Part shown: one piece after another, positions 16,633-23,760 of the stretch | How the letters are laid out: the number at the start of each line of letters is the position of its first letter | Numbering within the stretch: the stretch's first letter is position 1 | DNA from: Oscillospiraceae bacterium | GTDB taxonomy: Bacteria > Bacillota > Clostridia > Oscillospirales > Ruminococcaceae | Reading direction: 5' to 3' | DNA length: 48,214 nucleotides | Assembly (NCBI GenBank): GCA_900757485.1 | Contig: CAAEOA010000050.1 | Coordinates: 1 to 48,214, forward strand | The notes under the pieces: generated by a model | Databases searched by the model: none | Told to the model about the DNA's origin: nothing | Seen by the model: the letters and a program-made list of their open reading frames with translations, nothing else | Translations under genes and position numbers: made by a program

Positions 16633-16710
16633 TTTTATTAAAATGAAAACCACACTGTTTTGAAGTGGGCTAAAAAGAAAAGATAACATTTACACATTTG
16701 TCACTTAGAA

Positions 16711-16748
16711 GCAAAAATGGCGGCAAGGATTTTACTCCCTGCCGCCAT
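16711..16748 (-). terminator. Intrinsic terminator after the 16755 gene (right boundary of cargo island)
   Basis: Minus strand ATGGCGGCAGGGA-gtaaaa-TCCTTGCCGCCAT followed by TTTTTGC. Confidence 0.8.
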
Positions 16749-16754
16749 CACCAT

Positions 16755-17405
16755 TTAGAACATAGGAACAGCATTGCTGTCCGGTTCAGTATGGTTTGTC
16801 TGATACTGTGCCTGCTGTTTGGATGCAGGCTGGATTGGATTATGCACGTACCAGGAAGCCAGCCACATCTGATAATGCATCTTTGTCATAAGGAACAGTT
16901 CGCTTAACGACTCAAATGACATATTGACTGCGACATGATTCTCCGGTTTGTTACCGAACTTCGGTACAATCAATCCTTTAGCATTTGTCTCGCCGGGACC
17001 ACTATCGGCAATAAAGAGAAAATCTCCTTTATTCGCCGGTATGAGCTGTGCCACACGTGAAAGGCTCTTGCCATCCGGTCTGGAACGGCCTTGTTTTGCC
17101 AGTTTATCTGCAGCTGTACCACCAAGGCACTGATAAAGCGGTGTACTATCACCGTTTTTCTTTTTTGTCTGCAGCATATATCTGAGCTCACCGCATTCCA
17201 GTTTCCTGCACAGCTCCAGGAACTCATCCACAGCAATGTAGATGTGAATGTTATTAGTCTGACGCTGACCTGCAGGACGATTGACGTCGTAGGTTGCAAA
17301 GGCGAAATGTACTCTTCCAATTGGAAAGCAATCATTTAAGCTTTCCACAAAGCAGTTCTTTGCATCCTTACGTGCAATTTGATAGTTATTGCGTTCTTCA
17401 GCCAT
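16755..17405 (-). CDS. Hypothetical protein
   Basis: 216-aa ORF from MAEERNNYQ (GGAGG SD). No family recognised. Confidence 0.6.
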   Translation of the reverse strand: MAEERNNYQIARKDAKNCFVESLNDCFPIGRVHFAFATYDVNRPAGQRQTNNIHIYIAVDEFLELCRKLECGELRYMLQTKKKNGDSTPLYQCLGGTAADKLAKQGRSRPDGKSLSRVAQLIPANKGDFLFIADSGPGETNAKGLIVPKFGNKPENHVAVNMSFESLSELFLMTKMHYQMWLASWYVHNPIQPASKQQAQYQTNHTEPDSNAVPMF

Positions 17406-17406
17406 C

Positions 17407-18126
17407 TTATTCACCTCCGTGGATTGGCAGATCATTCAGCATTTTGATCATCATATCTCTGTTCGCAATGAACTGAGGGAAGAAATCTTGCTCCAGGTCA
17501 TAATCCATATAGAGCTTAACGAAGATAATGTTGAGGATCTGATTCATGCTGTCCACTCGGATCTTCGTAATTGCTTTTTGGATAAGCGGACTGAGTATAG
17601 AGATCGTTTTATGCCACTGAATGAAATACTCATCCTCAATAGGAATGCCAAACTGCGTCAGCCATTCTCTCACCGTATGCGTTTCGGTTTTACCGCAGCG
17701 TATAGGATGAGTGAACAGATACTCAATATCCTTGACATTCATATCCTTAGGATCTTTCACTGAGGTGTCAATGCAGATGGTTCTGCCAATCGGGTACATA
17801 GCGCACACCACGGGCTTGCACTCGTGTACAACGCACTTATTATTTTCGAGCAACGGGCAATGGCCGGCTGCATCGTGGGGAACGATACGAACAATGGGCA
17901 TATGCGAAGTGTCTCCGAGGTAAGAGTCACAATATCTCTTGATGAAATCATATGTAGAGATACCGAGCTTCTTGGAGATTCTGAACACATCCTTCGGTGT
18001 GCAAAGAATATCCTCACGGTTCATGCAACATTTGCCGCACTGATTACAGTTGAACTGGAACGTATCATCGATGCCAATCAGCATCTTATCTCTGTTTTGT
18101 AATATTCGATTTAATCTTGGATCCAT
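17407..18126 (-). CDS. YkgJ-family (CxxCxxCC) Cys-cluster protein, copy 2
   Basis: FNCNQCGKCCMNRED motif plus further conserved Cys (HCPLL, CVVHECKPVVC). Start moved to MDPRLNR (GGAG SD). Confidence 0.7.
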   Translation of the reverse strand: MDPRLNRILQNRDKMLIGIDDTFQFNCNQCGKCCMNREDILCTPKDVFRISKKLGISTYDFIKRYCDSYLGDTSHMPIVRIVPHDAAGHCPLLENNKCVVHECKPVVCAMYPIGRTICIDTSVKDPKDMNVKDIEYLFTHPIRCGKTETHTVREWLTQFGIPIEDEYFIQWHKTISILSPLIQKAITKIRVDSMNQILNIIFVKLYMDYDLEQDFFPQFIANRDMMIKMLNDLPIHGGE

Positions 18127-18181
18127 AATAATTCTCCTATTCTGAATGAAGGGGCACATTGCTGTACCCCTTCGGATTGTG

Positions 18182-18865
18182 TCATACTGACTTGGTTTCA
18201 TTTGTGATTTCCCTGAGGAATTCAAGTAAGCACTGAATGTTCTCCTCATACTGAGGCTGAAACGGCTTATCCAGATCTAAGTCTCCATACTTAAGACGCT
18301 GAAAGCACAATAGTGCTCGAACTTTCTTCTCCTCTGGAACTCTACGTAATAGTTGTGCAATTTCACGTGCGGTACTAAAATCCACACTCAAAAATGCTTG
18401 GTCTTCAGGTGTAAAACGCTTTTTCATCCAAGTCTTAGTGTGTACCTTAGGACCATTGAAATGCTGCTTGCGTTCGTAGGATATAAGATATTCGTATCCA
18501 CCGTTCTCCAGAGGTCCTGCAATGAACGGGTAAGTTCGGCAGGCTCTTGGATTGACAGCGTGGATCTTGCAACGGTTGTTCTCAAGGAAGATGCACGCGT
18601 CATCCGGTCCTTTGGTCTTGAGGAAGTATACGAAATACCCACACTCATCCAAAAGGGCAGGTTCAGCATACCTTTCCCAGAAATCATCCATGCAAGTGAT
18701 GCTATTATCCTGTTCCATCAAATAACGTGCGATACGAAACGCATCTAAGGTTTCCACCGGTACCTGCTCTTTGACGTGCTTGCAGCACTCACCACAGCCG
18801 ATGCACTTAAACGGCACGTTATCCTTCGGCTTGAGTTTGACCAGGTTCTTATACAGCTCATCCAT
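18182..18865 (-). CDS. YkgJ-family (CxxCxxCC) Cys-cluster protein, copy 1
   Basis: FKCIGCGECCKH motif, ACIFLENNRCKIHAVNPRACRTYPF. Confidence 0.7.
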   Translation of the reverse strand: MDELYKNLVKLKPKDNVPFKCIGCGECCKHVKEQVPVETLDAFRIARYLMEQDNSITCMDDFWERYAEPALLDECGYFVYFLKTKGPDDACIFLENNRCKIHAVNPRACRTYPFIAGPLENGGYEYLISYERKQHFNGPKVHTKTWMKKRFTPEDQAFLSVDFSTAREIAQLLRRVPEEKKVRALLCFQRLKYGDLDLDKPFQPQYEENIQCLLEFLREITNETKSV

Positions 18866-19181
18866 CGAATTTCCTCCAGGGACATTTCTTCTGGTTGAAC
18901 TTGATGGGCTTAAATCCTATGCTGTCGCAGAAGAAGGTACCAAGACCTTCTGCCCAAACAACATCGGACGTACTCATCGACCTTCCTCGGTATCCTTCTG
19001 GATGGTTATTATTGAAGATAATCCAAAGATCATTTAACGTCTTGGCCTCTAATTCACCATCAAACACAAGCTCATAGGAACTTTCCTTGATTCCACCGTG
19101 GCTCATTGTGAACTCATAGTGCATATACAGCAGATTATAACGGTCTTCTTCCGGTGAGATCTGAAACAGTTTTACCTTCAT
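18858..19181 (-). CDS. YodL-like domain protein
   Basis: MKVKLFQISPEE...YELVFDGELE...LNDLWIIFNNNHPEGYRGRSMSTSDVVW...FFCDSIGFKPIKF matches my recollection of the YodL-like motif layout. ATGA coupling to the upstream gene. Confidence 0.55.
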   Translation of the reverse strand: MKVKLFQISPEEDRYNLLYMHYEFTMSHGGIKESSYELVFDGELEAKTLNDLWIIFNNNHPEGYRGRSMSTSDVVWAEGLGTFFCDSIGFKPIKFNQKKCPWRKFDG

Positions 19182-19609
19182 ATTTTCCAACCTCCTTCTC
19201 TGTAAATGAAATCAGTCGTAAAAATTTGGGGTGTATATCTCATATCACACCCGGGATCCTCAGGGAAACGGTTATGTTTATCCGGTATGATAACACGAAG
19301 CACCGTCCTTCCGGTTTCCTCAAACTCAGTTAAACGAACATCGCAATCCTCATAAATCCCAGATACCATTTCACCGTTTTTGAAGCGTTCACCGGCCTGC
19401 ACTCGAAGGCCGAGTGTATTCAATATCCTACAGATCTCCTTGTGCGGATATCCCAGTGTCATCTGGAAATCCATGTGGTTGTATCTTCCCATACCGTGAG
19501 TATGGAAATTACAAGTTCCCGGCATAAATCCGTTTTCTGTTTTCCCATCAATCTCGCAAACAACACCGTTTGCACACCCGTGAATTACCCAGTCGATATT
19601 AGGCTTCAT
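19178..19609 (-). CDS. DUF4262-like protein
   Basis: FHTHGMGRYNHMDFQMTLGYPHKEICRILNTLGLRVQAGERF pattern resembles DUF4262. Start is uncertain: M34 of the track ORF was chosen. Confidence 0.45.
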   Translation of the reverse strand: MKPNIDWVIHGCANGVVCEIDGKTENGFMPGTCNFHTHGMGRYNHMDFQMTLGYPHKEICRILNTLGLRVQAGERFKNGEMVSGIYEDCDVRLTEFEETGRTVLRVIIPDKHNRFPEDPGCDMRYTPQIFTTDFIYREGGWKI

Positions 19610-19985
19610 TCTGATCACCGTCCTTCTCACCGAGAATCCACAATGCATCATCTTCGATGTGTATGGTTTCCCATTGATATCCAAGGCAACGACGAAGCAA
19701 CAATTCACTGACTGACATACCGAGACAGCTCACATCAACTGGATGGTCGCTTTCGGGCGGGACCGAGTCAATTCGTTCGTGCTCAGAAGCGTTTATAGCC
19801 TCTAAAATCTTAAACAGCTCCGACAGCGGAATTCTACCTTCCGGGAACCCAACGCACCAGTAGTATTCGTCGTCAGGTTTCGCAACGCAGAGAAGCTTTC
19901 TACCAAGAATCGCTTCGATTTCCGGTTGCAATTTCTGCGAGACCTCATCCCAGGAGAATTTAAGAGCTTTCGTTTCACTCATCAC
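19599..19985 (-). CDS. Hypothetical protein
   Basis: 128-aa ORF with GGAGG SD. No family recognised. Confidence 0.55.
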   Translation of the reverse strand: MMSETKALKFSWDEVSQKLQPEIEAILGRKLLCVAKPDDEYYWCVGFPEGRIPLSELFKILEAINASEHERIDSVPPESDHPVDVSCLGMSVSELLLRRCLGYQWETIHIEDDALWILGEKDGDQNEA

Positions 19986-20373
19986 TTTTCACCTCCTGAG
20001 GATCCGTAGAACCTTTTTCGGCGATATCGAGTAAGCTCTTACTGGTCCAGCCAACGATGGCGACCAAAAACTCCTCGATGCTATTGTGAAGAATGGCACG
20101 TGCCATATGAAAACCCACAGACTCAAGCTTCTCATCATCAGTAGCGATTTCATCGTAGAATGCTTTTGCAAATGCTTCGGCTTTCTCAGAATCGTTCATA
20201 ACGGCAAGAAGGCGCTTGCAGGTCTCCTCATCTGCCAAGGGAAACGGTATAACTGGTATAGATCCTTGTGTATTTTTGGATTCGGCAAGTTTTTCAATAG
20301 CTTTCGTCAGTCTTGGAAGCTGATGTTCAAAGAAAGTCTTGCCATATACTGTTTCGTGAAATTGTAATCCCAT
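19975..20373 (-). CDS. Hypothetical protein
   Basis: 132-aa ORF with AAAGGA SD. No family recognised. Confidence 0.55.
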   Translation of the reverse strand: MGLQFHETVYGKTFFEHQLPRLTKAIEKLAESKNTQGSIPVIPFPLADEETCKRLLAVMNDSEKAEAFAKAFYDEIATDDEKLESVGFHMARAILHNSIEEFLVAIVGWTSKSLLDIAEKGSTDPQEVKSDE

Positions 20374-20375
20374 AA

Positions 20376-20876
20376 TTATTTCCTTTCTGCCTTATAAGGC
20401 CCGTAATGAATTGTGTCTTCCTCAACTGAGTTGTACACACCGATACATACCTCATGACCATCACCGCGCTCTGGGTTATATTCCACAAAGCTTACGTGCT
20501 CCGGATCATCAGCACCACCTTTATCCCAGTAGACGTTAATCGCCGGGAAGTTCGGGTCATCGATGGCCTTCGCACTAAGGTGAGTACTGTCCGGCAGAGG
20601 CAGGACGATTGTCGGGTACCATTCAGGTGTAGTTGGCTTTTCAGGTGAGTCTGACAGTGTGAAACGCTGCTTACCGGTTTTACCTGCAGCAAAGCGTTTT
20701 CTTGCTTTGTCCAGCTCAGTCTGGAGAGCAGTAAAAATCTGCTCGACCTGACGTTGCGTGTAGGAATAGTTTGAGGACCAGGATAAATTACCAAGCAGGC
20801 GAACCATTTTGATAATCTTATTGACTCTGGCTTCTGCTAATCGAACGAAGCGTTCGTCCTTAGGTTCTTTGCTCAT
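20376..20876 (-). CDS. Hypothetical protein
   Basis: 166-aa ORF, ATGA-coupled to the upstream ORF. No family recognised. Confidence 0.55.
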   Translation of the reverse strand: MSKEPKDERFVRLAEARVNKIIKMVRLLGNLSWSSNYSYTQRQVEQIFTALQTELDKARKRFAAGKTGKQRFTLSDSPEKPTTPEWYPTIVLPLPDSTHLSAKAIDDPNFPAINVYWDKGGADDPEHVSFVEYNPERGDGHEVCIGVYNSVEEDTIHYGPYKAERK

Positions 20877-21094
20877 ACCGTCACCGCCTTTTTCGTATCA
20901 GACGTAAGGTGGAGCAAATAACGCGTGTTCTGCGTCTCAAACTTAATAACGCTCTCGGAAAGCTTTTTCATATTCAGAACTGTGGTAGTTTGTCTGTAAC
21001 CACCATCGCGTTCCATAATTACTGCAGGCTGTCCGATTGCAATTGGAAGAATCATACTTCCGGCAATACAAAGTGTTTTCTTCTGCTGATCCAT
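20873..21094 (-). CDS. Hypothetical small protein
   Basis: 73-aa ORF with GGAGG SD 9 nt upstream. Confidence 0.5.
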   Translation of the reverse strand: MDQQKKTLCIAGSMILPIAIGQPAVIMERDGGYRQTTTVLNMKKLSESVIKFETQNTRYLLHLTSDTKKAVTV

Positions 21095-21133
21095 TGTGTT
21101 TATCCTCCGATAAATAAAAATAGACGAAGCTTG

Positions 21134-21466
21134 TTAGGCTCCGTCTTGGTTGTGCTGCTCGAATTGAGCCAGCATTGATTCAAACTCCTGTCCCGGTATG
21201 ATGCAGACGCCGAGCGTTATCGCTCTTTCGAGTTTTATGCCCGGTCTCTCACCGACAATAAGATAGTCGGTTCTACTGCTTACATAACAGGTAGGATACG
21301 CCCCGCGCTCTTTTAACATTGCCATAAGCGTCTTACGGGTGTATTTACGCAGTTTGCCTGTTGCTGCAACCTTCTTTTGCAGAAACGGGAATTTTTGATT
21401 CGCACTCACATTGTGCTTCTCCTTTCTCATCGTCAATACGATGTGCGTTGTTGGATTCCTGTTCAA
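21134..21466 (-). CDS. BRCT-domain ORF, probably the frame-shifted C-terminal part of the upstream methylase-like gene
   Basis: FLQKKVAATGKLRKYTRKTLMAMLKERGAYPTCYVSSRTDYLIVGERPGIKLERAITLGVCII resembles the LigA-type BRCT. No SD before either candidate start. Overlaps the upstream ORF by 122 nt. Confidence 0.5.
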   Translation of the reverse strand: MNRNPTTHIVLTMRKEKHNVSANQKFPFLQKKVAATGKLRKYTRKTLMAMLKERGAYPTCYVSSRTDYLIVGERPGIKLERAITLGVCIIPGQEFESMLAQFEQHNQDGA

Positions 21467-22124
21467 TGTCCATAAATGGAACCGCCGCGCACGGGGTATA
21501 CCACTGGGACCAGGTTTCCATAGTTAATGTGTTGCCGTGGATAACAACAGCAGGGATCCCATACAGGCTCAACTGGATATACGCCATCCAAACACAGCGG
21601 ATATCAATATCCTGCGCCACAAAGAAACTCTTGCGACGGTAATCAATACCTTTACGCTGCATTGCCCACACTGCGCCGATAACCATCGTACCGGAACCAC
21701 AGGTGGGTTCGTTGATTGTAATAGGACCTTCCTTATCCTCAGGCACATCAACATTTGCAAGTTGTGCCATAAGCCTGCAGATATGGTCTGGTGTGAAGAA
21801 CTGTCCATTCCACTCGTTATTAAGCCTCAGCTCATGATAGATATCTCCGAGAATATCGCACGGATCTTCAGCGTGCGCTCTTGTGACCAAGGTGAGCAGA
21901 GCAAACATTCGAGCATAGGAAGATAACATTTCAGGAGCCATCTTGGATGCAATCTCCTGATATCTCTTCTCACGTTCTTCTGCATTTTGCGGATCCATCT
22001 GAGCTGCAATACTTGTAGCCGTGATCTCCAAAAAGGTTGTAAAGACCGTATTGAGACCGTTAGACTGAGCAAGTGTTTTTATCTCAGATATCAGCTCATT
22101 CCTGTACTGATTCTTTCTAACCAA
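21345..22124 (-). CDS. N6-adenine DNA methylase-like protein (SAM-binding motif I present, catalytic NPPF/Y motif not seen)
   Basis: GQFFTPDHICRLM, NEPTCGSGTM (motif I), AQDIDIRCVWMAYIQLSLYGI...HGNTL. The frame ends 50 codons later without motif IV. A TTG start at 22124 is assumed. Confidence 0.55.
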   Translation of the reverse strand: MVRKNQYRNELISEIKTLAQSNGLNTVFTTFLEITATSIAAQMDPQNAEEREKRYQEIASKMAPEMLSSYARMFALLTLVTRAHAEDPCDILGDIYHELRLNNEWNGQFFTPDHICRLMAQLANVDVPEDKEGPITINEPTCGSGTMVIGAVWAMQRKGIDYRRKSFFVAQDIDIRCVWMAYIQLSLYGIPAVVIHGNTLTMETWSQWYTPCAAVPFMDIEQESNNAHRIDDEKGEAQCECESKIPVSAKEGCSNRQTA

Positions 22125-22467
22125 CAGTAACACATCCTTCCCGTATGAGTTCCGGTGGAGAAAAAACCAGTTGCTTGTCATCGTCCACGAAATCCATAAC
22201 CTCAATTTTAATATCCTGCTCGTGCTTTGACTCATAATACACACCAATATCTGTGATCTTCATATCCTGAAGTTCATCAATACGTCCATTGGCGTGCTCT
22301 TCATCAAAGTACACACCCTTGTATCTGGCAGAAAAGCCAGAAGATGTGCGTTCAATATCGCTATAATCCCAGTTTAGAGAAACTTCTTCTCCTGACTTAA
22401 GTTTCACTTGAATGTAGTCAATAAATAAGTCCGGAATAGAGGTTTTCGCTGTTAGGTATAATCGCAT
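22117..22467 (-). CDS. Hypothetical protein
   Basis: ORF with AGGAGG SD 7 nt before the ATG at 22467. No family recognised. Confidence 0.55.
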   Translation of the reverse strand: MRLYLTAKTSIPDLFIDYIQVKLKSGEEVSLNWDYSDIERTSSGFSARYKGVYFDEEHANGRIDELQDMKITDIGVYYESKHEQDIKIEVMDFVDDDKQLVFSPPELIREGCVTVG

Positions 22468-22479
22468 ACGCACACCTCC

Positions 22480-22740
22480 TTAGAACGGCACGTCATCGTC
22501 CTGCATATCATGCATTCCTTCGACCGGCGCCTCTTCGTAATACCAAGAATAATCTCTGATAAACTCTCTTACCTCAAATAGGCAGAAAGCAATGAAAAGG
22601 CATAGGAAAAAGATGCTGCTGACACACTCAAAGATGAGTCCGAGCTGTAAAGCAAGGTATACGTTGGATATCCCAACAGGGATAATGATGATGGCCATGA
22701 TAAGCATGGCGATGGTTAAGATGAATGATAATTTTCTCAT
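22480..22740 (-). CDS. Small membrane protein (2-3 TM)
   Basis: Hydrophobic 86-aa ORF. Its SD region CGAAAAGGAGTGTGT is identical over 15 nt to that of the 5636 gene. Confidence 0.55.
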   Translation of the reverse strand: MRKLSFILTIAMLIMAIIIIPVGISNVYLALQLGLIFECVSSIFFLCLFIAFCLFEVREFIRDYSWYYEEAPVEGMHDMQDDDVPF

Positions 22741-22840
22741 AGTGAGACACACTCCTTTTCGTTTTGTTTATATAGTAACGGCAAGCCCTGAGGCTCCCCG
22801 AGAAAAAAGGTTGGGGGAACCTTTCGGCTCCGATCTATAT

Positions 22841-22886
22841 AAAAAAAGCACCCATCAAAATACACTGACGTGCATTCAATGAGTGC
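22841..22886 (-). terminator. Second intrinsic terminator inside leader B
   Basis: Minus strand GCACTCATTGA-N17-TTGATGGGTGC followed by TTTTTTTA. Confidence 0.6.
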
Positions 22887-22985
22887 CTTTGTTGCCATTT
22901 ATGGTGGCTCAGATTCAATTGTAAAGAGAAGGGATAGCCCCTTCAGTTCCGGCCTCTTGTGCTTCTTTCTGGAAGAAAGCATAAG

Positions 22986-23073
22986 AAAACAAAAAGTGCC
23001 CAAAAGATAATCTCTCGGGCACTGTGAAAACTCTGATAACTGTTACTGCCAATAGGCAATATCTGATACTAAC
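22986..23073 (-). ncRNA. Conserved structured leader RNA, copy B
   Basis: 24-nt (23020-23043) and 13-nt (23062-23074) blocks identical to copy A. Hairpin 1 is TTGCC-tatt-GGCAG. The terminator is GTGCCCGAGA-gattatc-TTTTGGGCAC plus UUUUUGUUUU. Confidence 0.6.
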
Positions 23074-23079
23074 ATAAAT

Positions 23080-23108
23080 ATTATATCAGAAGAATCCGCA
23101 AAAAGCAA
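23080..23108 (-). promoter_or_regulatory. SigA-type promoter B (TTGCTT-17-TATAAT)
   Basis: Reverse complement of 23103-23108 is TTGCTT. A 17-nt spacer follows. Reverse complement of 23080-23085 is TATAAT. Confidence 0.6.
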
Positions 23109-23128
23109 GATGTTTCACAAAGATATGC

Positions 23129-23758
23129 TTATGCCTCGTCGGAAGCACTTCCAAAATCAAGATCAAGAAGCTCGTTCAGCGTAATTCCCATATACTCTGA
23201 CATTCTACGTTCATAGGCGTATGTAAAAGCAGACGGAGCACAATATCCTGGAATAACATAACCGTAGAACTCATTTGCTTTCTTAAAAGCCCATAGGTGT
23301 GCCAGCTTTGGTCCTGTGGTCTCAAGGTGTGACTCATACTCGGAGATAGCATCAGCCATATCCTTTTGCTCCGGTGTCAACTGTGCGAAGAAGGCACTAT
23401 TTACACGATATGCTTTCTCATACGACGGCAAGCGGTGTGCTGTTCCTTCGCGCAAGTAATCTTCCGGGTCAATGGTCAAGAAGTTGTTGCCAGCAGGGTT
23501 GTTAAAATAGTCAAGGTTAGCTTTGAAACCAAGATAGGCAGAATACACCAGGTCAGAACAGATAGCATCATGAATTGCATTGTTCAACTCTTTGGTAGAT
23601 ACTGCAGCATCTTCACCAAGTTCCTTATTCAGTAAGTGAAGACATTCCATATAATTCTTTTGGGTTTCCTTGAAGCCCTCAGAATGCTTCTCCATAAACG
23701 CGATGAGCTCTGCTATCATATTTTCTTTCTTAAAGCAAGTAAACATACTCTCAAACAT
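23129..23758 (-). CDS. Hypothetical protein
   Basis: About 209-aa ORF. Start set at the ATG 7 nt after AAGGAG. No family recognised. Confidence 0.55.
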   Translation of the reverse strand: MFESMFTCFKKENMIAELIAFMEKHSEGFKETQKNYMECLHLLNKELGEDAAVSTKELNNAIHDAICSDLVYSAYLGFKANLDYFNNPAGNNFLTIDPEDYLREGTAHRLPSYEKAYRVNSAFFAQLTPEQKDMADAISEYESHLETTGPKLAHLWAFKKANEFYGYVIPGYCAPSAFTYAYERRMSEYMGITLNELLDLDFGSASDEA

Positions 23759-23760
23759 AA

